A stretch of DNA of 61,273 nt, the filler included, from Sphacelaria rigidula (Eukaryota), in NCBI GenBank assembly GCA_964200075.2. It is 5 parts of 5 records of this genome, joined end to end, with 100 filler letters (N's around TTAATTAATTAA, not from the genome) between each part and the next. Parts side by side here need not be neighbours in the genome. Positions count along the whole stretch, not along the records: positions 36,827 to 49,000 come from CAXNAA020004043.1; positions 49,101 to 61,273 come from CAXNAA020004044.1; 3 more parts are not named here. The stretch is one strand, 5' to 3'. The position numbers and the translations under genes are program-made. This document shows, piece after piece, positions 36,827 through 49,175 of the stretch. How positions within the stretch are numbered: position 1 is the stretch's first letter; every line of letters begins with the position of its first letter. Under the pieces are notes generated by a model. That model was not told the DNA's origin. It made no database searches and saw only the letters and a list, made by a program, of their open reading frames with translations.

Positions 36827-39800
36827 AATGGTTCCGAAATTGGTTTTTCCTGTGGAACCCCAACATTTTGGTGATCGAAATCCAAATTTCTATGGCGTGT
36901 AGCAGTTGTCTACAGCTATCAGTAGGTGAAGAAATGGAACCACATTTCGAAGATTTGGTGTGGATACGAAGATTTTAATTCTCCGGGTTTCTCATCCCCA
37001 ATAAAAGATCCATCCAAAATTTGTAAGATCGCGTGTTCTGAGGCGTGTACAAAAATAAAGGGAATAGAGTGGCCGAGTACTGTCGACAGAGTTTGATCGA
37101 CATGTAGCTCCGCGCACTCCGCACATGCATGCGGCCTACCACCTTTTTTAACAAGGTGCCGACGAAGGAAAAAACAAATGTGAAAGGCACACGACACACA
37201 GTATTTTTGTGTGTTGAATAAACTGTAAAAACAAGGACAAAAAGGAAACGACGGTTGTCACTATCAACAGGCATACAATGACTGTCACCAGTGCAACAAC
37301 GCATCTGACAAACCTGCACGCCATGAAGTGATCTGTGTGGGCGTAGCGAACAGCAACGTTAAACCGTCCTGCCCTGTGTTGAGAACATGTTAAGGATGAG
37401 AAAAAAAACACAACTGTCGCATCCCGTATATGTATGAGGCAATGCCCGCGAAGCTGACGATACTCACTGCAGTACCGCATAGTTCACTGAGAATAGCCGA
37501 GTTGGGGTTTCGATCACGTATCATCGTGCAGGTAGACAATCAATACATAACAAGGACAACCGTGTCATATATCGATAGTGTAGTGCAGACAGAAGTATAC
37601 GCACATAGTACCAGACGGGAAAGTGCTGCTGGCACCATACCGCACGATATTATCTCGCGTAGTGCAGGGTAGGGTCGGGTCGGTAGTGCAGTACGAACGT
37701 ACAGCACTATAACCGCGCCGTGAAAGGTCATGTCTACAATGCAATATATATGACAAGTGTCCGGACAGGACGGCAGTACCAATATACCGTACAGTACGGC
37801 ACCTCACTGTTCTCAAGAATTATTGACCGGAAAGACCAGTTGGATCCAAACGGTTCTGTACTTCGGTCAGTACTTGAACTCGGAACAATATTTCCACGCA
37901 GGAGGTACGCCGTACTCTGGCGATTACGACGTGCTATAGTGGCTGCGTTTGGTGGGGCAACAATCGAACTGTAGTGTACACTGATACTGTGTAAAAGTTG
38001 GTGAGGATACAGAATCGGGAGCTTGTTTGCAAGTTAAATGAGCTTCGCCCGTGTTAAATCATACCTGTGTACAGACGAAATCTTGTATCCCTGGCCCATT
38101 ATGTCACATCGATATAAATCGGTGTACAAGGTGGGCTCGACGTTCCGTGTTTGGGCAAAAAAGAAACCGTCTGTACAGCGGGCTGCGATTGAAATAGTCC
38201 GCGGACGCCCTGCTTGTCAGTAGACCGGCGGGTGTTTCGTACATGTCGGCCGGTGCGGTTGATACAGGGTTAACGGGCGGTTAGCGAGGGTGCTGGCGGG
38301 GGCCCGTGGTCGTGGGAGCGTTGAAAACGCTATGGACCCGTGAGGGGCGTATCTAAACAAAGAACATGTGAGCGGCTGTATTTTCCGAGAACCGCCCGTG
38401 GTTGAAAAAGGAAACAGCAGTTCAGATCGAGTGTACATGAAGACGCGATGCGTTCTCTGTGCAGCGCATAACGTTACCAGAGAGAGCGCATCCGCCACAG
38501 TAGGTTAGCTTGCACCGTCAATATGGCCTGCAGGTGGGGGGGAATATGGTTGTGCAGCAAGAGAGAGCTTGCGAATGCTTACACGCCGCAAGCGCGTGAT
38601 GGTGCGTTCGCCATTGCCTGAAACCAGCGTGGATACTGTATGACACATCGAAGACCCGCAGTTAGACCCGAGTCGGAATATCCGTCAAACTCGAAGTGAA
38701 AAAGAAGGCAGCTGTCTTTGAAACAAAAGCAGCTGATCACCCGATCTCCGGTGGGTAACACACCAACAATCGTGTACACAATTTTCGAGTAAAAAACAAC
38801 ACACCGGACGAAATACGCAGGCTGGAAAGAAAAACGTGAGCTTGTGTTTCTCTGGTGCGTAAATAGCGGCCGAGCGAGGGAGAAAACCCTACAGCTTGAA
38901 TGAAACAAGCTACCTCTGAAGCCCCAACCTGGAATGGTATAACAGGTAGCAAAACAAGCCGCACCCCATGGAGGGATGTGACAAGCTAGTTCTGTGATCG
39001 ACTTGTGATATCAAAGCTGAAGGTTCTCTGCTCAACACAACAATGCAGCTGTTGGGGGCTGTTACACCAGACGCAACGCTCGTGCGTACAATTGATAGAC
39101 AAAATATACGCAAGGGTTATGGTACACGTGGCTTACGTGAGTCAGTCACGGACTTGAAGACCAGTATCGTTGGAGAGATCAGCAGGTAGGCGGTTTTGGA
39201 GGCTCTTCTAATATATCCAAAATATGTCGAATGTTTGAGTCCGTGGAACGAGTAAGCAGGTAGGCGACGGTGAGGGCGCTGCTCGACCTTACCCTGCCTC
39301 GCATACAACCTTGCCATATTACAATATGATCCCGGCGTGTGCCTCCGACCAATCGAGCGTTGGCATGCGTGTGCCCCATATGACAACTCTGGCACAGTCT
39401 ATGTCCGAATACAGGCTTATGAAACCGCCAAATCGACCATGCGTACAGTCCAATTTCTACTTTACACGCGCACACTTTCGACTAGGATCTCTTCTTCCCC
39501 GCCGATCGTTTGTGGAACGATCGTGATATTCCACTGTACTATTTTAATTCTCGCACGCGGTCATGTACCATCACACAAGCAGAACACACGAACCGGCTTC
39601 GTGAGAGGTGATGCCGCCGCAAGCCACAACCAGATCTTTGGAGAGAGTTCAAATATAAGCCCCAAATCGTGATACCGTTCAATAAGGATCTGTTACACGC
39701 TATCGACAGCGATTGTGCAGGGAAGGGACTGAGCAATGAAGTACTGTTGATAGTCTAGGTCTTTTTGAGGTTCAACATTTTGGTGAGGTTGAAGTCGCCA

Positions 39801-40989
39801 ACGAAATTTCATCTGTTTCGTCCAATAGGCTCGGGATTCGCAAGTGGTTTCGACCATGTAACCCCAACCCAAAAGTTTCTGTACGGCAGCCCAAGCATGA
39901 TGAGCAGTCCAACAGAAAAACCACCGTCGTTGTGCGGCATCTTCTGAACAGGACGTGCCTCGAAGCGCTACAAGACGCGTAACAAGGCGATGTCCCCGTA
40001 GCGCAGCTGCCGCCGACGCAAGTACAGTACTGTCCGTTTGCGTACATGCATATTTTCGAGGTGAAGAGCAGGCAAAATGTAGCAGCGAGGTGGTCGCCTG
40101 CTTTGCAGACAAGAGCGTGAGCTACCGCACCTCTGAAACGTCTACTAAGTTCCTAGGAGCCCCGGGGGGAAGGACAGATACAGTCAGTTTGGTGAAACGA
40201 GCAAAAACAAAACTAGACACACACACAACGAGAGATTGTGGGAAATCTCACGCTTGGGGTTGTTTCGCTAGTAACGCCCATGAAAGGTGCTTCATCCAGT
40301 CTGAACCAGCCATCATACCTTGTATGGTCACTTTCTTCCTGGCAAAGTTGGGAGCTGGCGTCGGGGTGGGTTGCATCGCTACATCGGGCAGCCTGGCTGC
40401 GACCCATTTTCGTACAACCCGCAGCACGTTGGCAGATAAGGTAGAAACAAATCCAGCACATACAGCCACCCCCCACCCGCCGTCATTTTCGTACCTTTGC
40501 ACAAAGACGATGTACATATATATATATATGCAGAAGATGTGCTTTATCACCTACGTGCAGTAGTGCTCAGCATTTCGTAGGAGGAGGTGTGCGGGAGAGG
40601 CACGGCTCCATCTATCCCGTCACTGGGTTGGCGAGCCTACCGCCTGTGAAACCCTCCTAAAATGCAGTACTTTACAGTGTGTGCTCAGGGTCAATTTACT
40701 TTTTCACGAAATAAACTTTCCCCCTAGGCCCCAAAGGGCGTCTGAACTGTCTAGCGAAACAGCTGGCACACTCCTCTCGGATATGATACGTGTCAGCTGT
40801 TGGAGTGCTTGGGGAACATCGCTCGAAAAGAAACACGTAGAACACTACTCAGGGGTACTGTAGTACATCTTTCCCTGTTCAGAATCGAAATTTCCTTGCT
40901 TGAACGGTTTCTGCCCGTTAAAATGGACGACTGTGTTCCAACAAAACCATCCGTCACTCCAGAACTTTCCTGCGCGCTAACCCTAACCC

Positions 40990-43260
40990 CCACACGCGAT
41001 GTATTCCCGACGGATCCGCGATTCGTCGCAGCAGGTGGCGAACGGCGCCGAGGTAAAGTCGATGCCATTGTTTATTCTAATGCATTGCGGCGAACCGATC
41101 ATACTCACGTCAGCTATATAACGCTTCACTTTTGCAAGTGTCTCGCCCTTGGATGATATGCCGTACGGCATTATGAAGCGTGACTTGGATTCCACACCCG
41201 CCAACATGTGGGACGAGCCTCCCAGAGTACGTGAATGTGGTCCGGTGAGGTCGAGATGGACCCCGCCGAGGATGGTCACCGCACGTGTACCCAGACGCCG
41301 TGAAATACCCGTTCTTCGTCCCTTTGCCTCCAAACACCCTGAACATGGCAACAGGGTCCCGGTAAGGATGACTCCCTGTTGATTCACGGTTGCTCTCAAT
41401 TGGGCTTCGTGTGAGTGGGCAAGGGAAACGTGGAAGAAGTCAATGTCTACTCCTCTGTTGGGTTTCCCTACGGCGAGTGGGGATAGCAAGTCCCAGGCTA
41501 TCGTCTCTTGTACCGTCAGATTCCTTCATGTTTGAAAACCGCGAGAAAAGATCCCGAAACTGCGTGTTGTGAAATCCTTCCATCAAGCGTGTCTCTTCAA
41601 ATATACTCAGGATGGGTAGAAGAACGCCGTCCTCTGCTCTCAGGCCTGAGGTTTCCCGTCGGTCACTTTACCACTGGAGGGAGTACAGGGTAACTCTACA
41701 TGTGAGAGACAATGTACTATACTCCTTGGAGGAGTAGACGGGAAACACACACCGGGGGGGGAAGGTACTACACTCCTTGACGGAGTAGATGGGAAGTGCA
41801 CACTGGGGGCGAAAGGTGCTATACTCCTTGACAGAGTAGATGGGAAGCGCACACTAGGGGCGGAAGGTGCTATACTTCTTAACGGAGTACGTGGGGCACC
41901 ATCACCGTGGGGAGCAGGTACTATACTCCTTGACGGAGAAGGTGGGACACCATCACCTGGGCGAGCAGGTGCTATACTCCTTGACGGACTAAGTAGGACA
42001 CCAGCACCGGGGGCAGCAGGTGCTATACTCCTTGACGGAGTAGGTGGGACACCATCATCGGGGAGAGCAGGTATTAAACTGGGTATGTCGGAGTCGACTA
42101 CAACAGGCACAGGAAGCGGACAATGAAAATATTGTGGCTGAAGTCGAGTCGCCCGCTAAACTGAAGATCGTTTATTGCGGTCAAGACACAATTTACCGTC
42201 AAAAAGATAGACCCCTGATTCACTTAGTAAAACCCTATGTATCTTCTGTACTTGATGTAAGAAAAATAGGTTAAACTGAAGTCCTTCCAAGCTCTGCACG
42301 TCTGTAAGTTTCACAAAGAAGTCGGAGGGTGGGTTGTTTGAATGACCAGGCATGTTGAACTTTACCTTCAAGCTCCCAAGTGCAAGTACAGGAAGAACAG
42401 CACCATTACCTACGATTGCGTGCTCACTTCCTGTGGGAGGAGGGCGAAGATCAAACACACCACTCATGTTGCCGGTTGTGTGGTGTAAAGCGCTGTTATC
42501 TGTTGTCCATACCTGTGTACCATCCTGTACTCTGTCCTAATTACCATTCTGGTGAAACAAAGCAAGCTTATCCCAAGTCTACATAACCTATGTCAGACTT
42601 GGATACAGTCGCACAGTGTGACATGCATAAATGCAGCGGCGTAAACGAGATTGGACTGGCAGCTGGCGTATCGGCAGCGGGGAAAGTTGGGGGCAGGTGT
42701 TGCTATTGCTGTGTCTAAACTAGTTGATGTTGCTGCTGATGGTGAAGCAGTAGTTGTTGCTGCTGCTGTGTCTAAACTAGTTGATGTTGTCGCTGCAATT
42801 ATTTTTGCGATTGATGTTGAACTGATCGCTGAAGGAAGCCCGGACCGTACTGTGCCGGGGTGGACGATTGAACACAGTGGGCAAAACCTGTTCCGCTGAA
42901 ACTGCTCATGCTGTCTTCCCACGCGCACTCGTCTTCCTCCGGTCCATACCAGCTTCTGATAGATTGGGGGATCCTGACGGAGAATGCGAACGAGGGGAAC
43001 ATTGCCTTCGAAGCCACCGGAACGGGAGCCGGGGGGGACGGGGGAAAGGCGCAGGAGTGCTGAGAGTACGCCCCAGGTTTCAGCGACCTTGGGAGCTTGC
43101 GATGCGCGGCGGCGACTCCAACCAGGGCGAGGAGCGGTGAACATGTCTTGGTACTCGGTGAGATCTGGCATAGAGGACGTAGTTGTAGACCCAGACGTGT
43201 ACACATCCTTTGAGACAACGAGGCGGGGGGGGGGGGGGGAGACAAACGTCTTCCCCCCCG
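40990..43260 (-). mobile_element. Decayed Ty1/Copia retrotransposon fragment (Q-rich gag tail, protease-like region, GAG-pre-integrase, truncated integrase; no RT, RNase H or LTR)
   Basis: WTTDNSALHHTTGNMSGVFDLRP...IVGNGAVLPVLALGSL..LTDVQSLEGLQFNLF (degenerate Copia W.DSGA..H protease region, ~42156-42515). FHVSLAHSHEAQLRAT..CSGCLEAKG (pre-integrase HHCC) and VHLDLTGP..SRF..SKGE..IRINNGIDF..IRREY (integrase core, 40990-41489). Order protease then integrase is Copia-type. Confidence 0.85.
41717..42072 (-). repeat. Seven 51-bp tandem repeats encoding a 17-aa Pro/Ser-rich unit (PSRSIAPA.PGDGVPP.)
   Basis: Unit ctatactccttgacggag..ggtgggacaccatcacc.ggg.gagcaggt; open frame on the minus strand (ORF 41640-42110) between Copia protease and pre-integrase regions. 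Confidence 0.85.
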
Positions 43261-43683
43261 TGGCAATATCCGANNNNNNNNNNGGGAGAACGGCAGGCAC
43301 CCAACAGCCGCACAAACCGGCAAGGGGGGGGGGGGGGGGGGGGGGGGGGGAATCACACGTCTTCCGCCTCATGGCAATATCTGCTAAGAGGAGGAATCAT
43401 ACAGCATCAGATCGATAGCAGCAGAGCCGGCACGTTGCAAGCAGCCAACCCGGTGGGCAGTCGGGTCCCTCCTATACGAATTCTCGGTGCGTTGAGAGTG
43501 CCGATCTTGTTTCAATCCGACATCTGCATTCGCCATACCGTAGTACGGGTGGTAGACGGCCTGCCCTATGGGTTGATTTAGGATGCTGAGTTCTTTAGAA
43601 CCAACAGCAGCAGTCTCGACTTTGAGCTACCAAAAGGGTTCCGACCAGTCCCCTCAGTCCCGTGGGTTCCGTTCTGGACACAC

Positions 43684-43851
43684 GACCCCGCAGATGATTG
43701 TAACGACCCTACAGACGACTGTGACGGGCTTGAAGATGATTGCGATAACCCCATATATGACGGTGATGACCCCACAGATGATCGTGATGACCCCACAGAT
43801 GACTGCGATGACCCCACAGATGACTGTCATGATCCCATAAATGACTGCGAG
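43684..43851 (+). repeat. Eight 21-bp tandem repeats encoding an acidic DPTDDCD heptad within Gypsy pol
   Basis: Unit gaccccacagatgactgcgat, in frame with the upstream protease end and the downstream 43873 ORF. Confidence 0.8.
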
Positions 43852-46800
43852 GGCGACACGAAGCCGTCGAGCATGCTACATGATGTACTGCTCGCCCTGA
43901 GAGGCACTCCAAACCCAGTTGTAGCTCAGCACACAACGCAATCCGTCGCATGCAATTTAACGAGTTATCACGACTTTGCGTGGGAGGATGACAGTTCCTT
44001 GGAGTGGGGATTGTCCTTGGTTACTCCTACAGTTTCGGTCGAGGGGTTCGTAAGTATTGCTGCGGAGACAGCACCGTTGGGGCTGCATTCACAAGACACA
44101 CAACTAGTAACCGTTTTACCGCAGGGGAAGTTTGATCTAGAAGGAGACGCAGCGGTGGGCGTGGCAAAAGTAGTGATCTGGTGGCTTCCAGGGGATCCGG
44201 TGTACTGTAAATTCGTCAACCGTACCAACGATAGGGTGGCCGTACGTACCAACCGTCCTGGTGCACGCATGATAGCGCTCAACGTAGGAGACGCGGCCCG
44301 TTTTCGGTCACTCTTCGACCCAGATCCATCCACCGTAGATCTACCCATGCCTATGCCGGTTCCGGCTACCCAGGCCATTGCCCCACTCACCCCCGGAGCC
44401 GTTGCAGCCATCCCCATCAGTGCGTGCCACCGACGCCAATCTAGGGCAGTTGGGGCCAGTCGGGAAACATGACTTCTTGTGCCTTCTGACTAACTTTATC
44501 GTGATGGGTTTGTTCCCCACGGATCCCGAGCGTGTCCGGGCTTGCATTGATGGCGAGCTCCAACTTCCTCTACGTGATGAGTCTTGTAAGCCAATCGCTG
44601 CCACACAGCGCCGTTTCTCCCCGCAAGAACGACTAATAGTTAGACAGGAGGGTGGGATGTTGCTCGACCGCAATATTATCCGCCCATCAACTTCCCCTTG
44701 GGCCGCTCATTGCCTCTGTGTCAGGAAAAAGGACGGTACCCTCCGACTGTGTATCGACTGGCGCGTTTTGAACAGTCTCTTGGTATCAGATAGTGGTGGG
44801 TTGGGAGACATGCAGTCGATATTCGACGGAACCCAAGGCAAGCGGTATTTCTCACAGCTAGATTTTGCATCAAGTTTTCATCAGATCGACATCGCCGAGA
44901 AAGACCGCTACAAGACGGTATTCAGCAGCGCAGAGGGGCTACTCTACGAATTTAGAAGAGCAGGGTCTGGTCTAACGGTGCTACCATCGGCTTTTATACA
45001 AAGGGTCAAGCGCGCTCTAGCCTCTCTCACCGGCGTGTTCAGGTGGTTGCATGACATACTCATTGCTACCGACTCCTGGGAGGAACACACCACTACAATC
45101 GTACTGGTGCTGCAACGGTTGTTGACGGCCAGCCTGTCGATGAATTTCGCAAAGTTCATTTTCGGCCCTGCGTCGCAGGACTTTTTAGGCATGCTACTAG
45201 ATAGCATCGGATTACGGCCGGCCCTTTCCAAGCTTGCCACAATCGCCGAGATGCCACGCCCGCGTACTGTCGAGGAACTTCGAACTTTCTTGGGTTTGAC
45301 GGGTTGCTTACGCCAATCTGTGGAGAAATACAGCATGATAGTCGCCCCCCTCACGGGCATTCTTCGTAACAGAGATTTTGCGTCGAAGAAAGCTCGAACG
45401 TTGACGATCCGCTGCAACGACAAGCATGATCAAGCCTTCCAAGCTCTCACGGCCGCCCTCACCTCACCAATCGTTCTAGATTTTCCTGATCCCAGCAATG
45501 CCTTCAAGCTTCACAGCGACGCGAGTTCAGTGATGCTGGCGGGGTTTTAATGTAGCCGATTGGCAATTTCCCACGCATAGTGCCGTTCGCGAGTCACAGA
45601 GTTTCGCGCTCAGATTCTCGTAGACACTCTTGAAAGCGAGAACTGCATGGCGGTGCTATGGGGTATCCAGCATTCCGGACCGTACCTGGCAGGCACAAGG
45701 TTCAAGTTGGAAACGGGTTGCGCAGCCTTAACGTGGCTATTTCGTAGCCGAGATCTGTGTCCCAAGTTCCATAAGTGGGCATTAAGACTGGTGGAATACG
45801 ACATAGACCTTCAATGGCGCGAGGGGCTGCAACATGTTCTCCCAGACGCCCTGTCTCGTTTTCCCCACACCCTCGACAAGCAGGCTGACATAGACGACTC
45901 TTTCCCAGATGATTTTACTTCGCCAACTGAGAGTAGTGCGGCACAAACCCAAGGACCGCTTTTGGAAAGCCGACGGTTGTCGAACTTACCGACGGAGGAA
46001 CCGCACATCGCCGCGACAACGTTGGCGAATGAAACTGACCCGAGTCTGCAACCGCTTTCACCCGAAGTTCCGTTCACTCCGAGTGCCGCGCTTCATGACC
46101 AAACACCAGCAGTTTGCAGGTCGACGAGACGGCGTTTTCCGTCAGTGAAAATGCGCTCACCCGGAGAGAAGATATATGTTTTCCATCAAACTTACCCTTT
46201 GTGGATCCATTATCGCCTCCTTCACTCACCCCAGTCGAAACTCCGGCAACCTGACCTCCCGATACCCCGCCGCCACTCATCCCGCCGCCACTCAGCAAGC
46301 GGCCCGAAATCAGCAAAGTGCTAATCGCAGGGTGGGGGAGTACCATGTGCTAGTACAACGTTAGAAACGTCGCGGTGGATCGAGCTTCACAACCGTTGAC
46401 TATAATTTCCTCTTTTGTACAGCAGCAAAAAGACGACCCCGTCTTGTTACAGGTCTGGCGAGACTGCTATTAAGGGAAGAAGTGGAACGGTAGGTGAACG
46501 CAGGATACGAGACGGACAGCAAGGGAGGGGTGTGGTTCAGGGAAAACGACGAGGAGCAGTTACCAGCAATCCCCAAGCCCATGATAGCAGATGTGCTAGC
46601 ACTAGTACATGCCATGCACGAGCACGCAGGAGTAGGGGCAACCCAGGCTCTGGTCAAGTCTCAGTTTTACTTGCATTCCTTCTGTAGAGATACCAGGCAC
46701 TACGTTTTGTTTTGTGGATGCCGTAGGAGAAAGAAAGCCAATAGCTGACGAGTAGCCATGATGCCGGGTAGGCGGAGAGAACCTTGGGAGAAGCCAGATA

Positions 46801-48310
46801 TGGACCTACTGGGGATGGACGTAACATCAGAATCCGGAAACAAGTATATACTGATGATGGTCGACCGTTCCTCGAGATTCCCTTTCGGCTTTTCAACCCC
46901 ATCCAAGCAGGCGAAGAACGTGACGCGAATCCCCACGGAACTTAGTGTGACGTTTAGGATACCCAGGGCGATCCAGTGTGACGGTGGCAAGGAATTGAGA
47001 GTTGGAGTAGTCACGCACCTATGTCGCTGGTTGGAAGCGGAAATTTCCTTCGGCTCTGCAGATCACCCCAGGGGCCAAGGCACAGTAGAGCGTCTCGGGG
47101 GGCTGATGACTGGACATGATCGCAGGATTGTGTGTATCCCGGCCGGACAGATAGAACGAGTACGTCTTCCCAGCTATCTGGATAAAGCGCACTTTACCAG
47201 ACACGTCCCTACCTTCTAACACGACCCCTTCGAGCTGCTTTTCGGACGCAAACCTCGCACGTCTCTAGAATCGTTGGTATCCCTTGCAGTCAAAGCAGGA
47301 AGTGGTGGAGGATTGGACAACTTCGTAGAGCAGCGCGAACAGAATTTGCGGGAGGGGCGCCTGGCCTTGGAGAGACGCGGGTCAGCGCGCTTAGCAGCGC
47401 GTGCTGGCACTAACGCAACCATTTCGAGGTCATCGGCAGGAGTGGCTGTCAAGCCAGGGGATTTGGTTATGGTGCGGGAGGCGGAGAGCGCACTTCACCG
47501 CGAAGGGCGAGGAAGAAAACTCCAGCGCGACAGATACACGGGCCCTTCGGTAGTGAAGGGGCTGTTGTAAACAGATCTCAGCGTAGAGGTATCCATGAAG
47601 GGGCGGAAAACACGCAAGCGCAGAATAGCCACATCAGAGGTCAAGCCGGTTCACACACGGTTAGCACATCTCCGTCACTCCTTGGCAAACGAGTTCGCAC
47701 AGTTTGCATGGGGATCCGATTTCCAGGCTGCCACCACGCCTGATTCGCCCATCTCGTGGTACACAATAGCTGAACGCCGTGGGGTATATCCCGAAGTGGG
47801 ACGCGGTTCATGGGAGCACAAGGCAGTGTCACAGCCGGGTGTAGTATCGGACTGGGTGTCAGAAGGCAAGATGTTGAAGAGTTTAACGCCCCTCCAACTG
47901 GATGGCTACCATGCTTTAAGGCATCTGTACAACCCGGAAGCATACGATGAACGGCGTATTGAGTCAGACAAGCGCTTGAGCCCACTGACTCGTAGTGATG
48001 CCTTAAAACTGCTCCCCATAGTTTTTGCTTCCACAAGAAGTTCGACGACGTGACACTAAAGGGCCAGGTCTTTGACTCCCGCGACAAATTCTGGCGGGTG
48101 CGGTACACGGACCAAGACTGGGAATAATTGTCTCGGCGGGAGCTGGAAAATTTGGCCCGAGGTAGCGAGCCACACGGAGAAGAGGAAGCTCATGCTTGAT
48201 TTTGGTGTAAATTTTGCGGTGAAGGTTGTTCCCCGCGGGCGTGAAAGGATGAAGATGTTTAATCACGGGCGTGCCTAGCAACTGGTCTTTGTTCCGTCAC
48301 GCGAAGGGGA

Positions 48311-48630
48311 TGTAGCATTCATGTCACCAGAGGCCGTGGGGGCTTATGGTGGTTAACCTGCCGGCATGATGACATCATTTGTTTTGCCTCAGGGTTTTGG
48401 AGGGGTCTTGCTATTTACGTCAACATTGACGTACTCTGTTACATCCGTCAACGTTGACGTACTCTGTTACATCCGTCAACGTTCAGCATCCGCCCCACAA
48501 GCCCCGCATGGACACAGTAACACATGAAAAACACTCACACAGGCTCTAGCTATCGTTCAAGCCATCGCACGGATCAAACGGACCCGTAGCGGATGAGATG
48601 CGTGCTTAGCTGTCACAACGTTGTGCTACA
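48311..48630 (+). repeat. Probable 3' LTR of the Gypsy element (~320 bp)
   Basis: Starts TGTAGCA directly after a purine tract (gaagggga, 48303-48310) and ends TGCTACA, a 7-bp inverted repeat with TG...CA termini. Contains a 28-bp tandem duplication. No second LTR is present to confirm it. Confidence 0.7.
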
Positions 48631-49000
48631 TACGATGTGCTGATCACAGATAAGTGATCGAAAAGGCCGCAAGCTTTGAATAGGCAAGCCCGGACGCCGG
48701 TAGACACAACATCAAGTTGTTACCGTGATAGCTGAGGTCATGGGCTGGGTATAGGCAGCGGGAAGACTTGATTCGTATCCGTGCTCTTCACAGCGGCAGC
48801 TTTGTAGACTAAACGTGAGCTCGACACCGCGGCAATAAGTGGGTGGCACTGCTGGCTCATATTAGCATGTGAGTTGTTCTTGTTGCTTGGCGCAGTTTAT
48901 AGCCAGCGAGACAATGTGAGCACAGATTTCGTAAGTCGCAGATGCAGGGGCTACTCACGCGTGGTTTGGCCTGTACTGCACACGAATCATAGACCTGTTA

Positions 49001-49100
49001 NNNNNNNNNNNNNNNNNNNNNNNNNNNNNNNNNNNNNNNNNNNNTTAATTAATTAANNNNNNNNNNNNNNNNNNNNNNNNNNNNNNNNNNNNNNNNNNNN
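49001..49100. other. Artificial scaffold spacer N44-TTAATTAATTAA-N44
   Basis: Identical 100-bp spacer. Confidence 0.98.
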
Positions 49101-49175
49101 GCTCCGAGATTTGAACCCACGACCCAACCGTCAGAAGGTTTCGAGGTTACCAACTGAGCCACCGGGGCGACCGGC
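49101..49175 (-). mobile_element. tRNA-like head of the SINE, cut by the contig edge
   Basis: Close match to 15121-15196 (ccgtcagaaggtt.cgaggttacc.actgagccaccggggcgaccggc). Confidence 0.7.

Larger units (their letters stand above)
43430..48630 (+). mobile_element. Decayed, 5'-truncated Ty3/Gypsy retrotransposon (protease C-terminal half, RT, RNase H, integrase, PPT, 3' LTR)
   Basis: IRILGALRVPI..VVDGLPYGLI*DAEFF (protease end). RT ORF 44378-45550 with IIRPSTSPWAA, VRKKDGTLRLCIDWRVLN, FSQLDFASSFHQI and WLHD in place of the xxDD motif. RNase H LHSDAS..MAVLWGI..KWALRLVEYD. Integrase HAMHEHAG..CGC, DLLGM..MVDRSSRF..IQCDGGKE..QGTVER. Order PR-RT-RH-INT; several stops and frameshifts. Confidence 0.93.

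Noticed and set aside
39280..39340. TPR-like peptide SYCNMARLYARQGKVEQ on the minus strand
   Set aside because: Isolated match without splice signals or further repeats.
40977..40990. Telomere-like CTAACCCTAACCC exactly at the Copia truncation point
   Set aside because: Only two units, and similar short motifs occur elsewhere (~19512, ~34575), so telomere healing is unsupported.
41717..42072. Possible CRISPR-like array (also 43684-43851, 50997-51182, 51640-52300)
   Set aside because: Tandem units have no unique spacers, there are no cas genes, and the context is eukaryotic.
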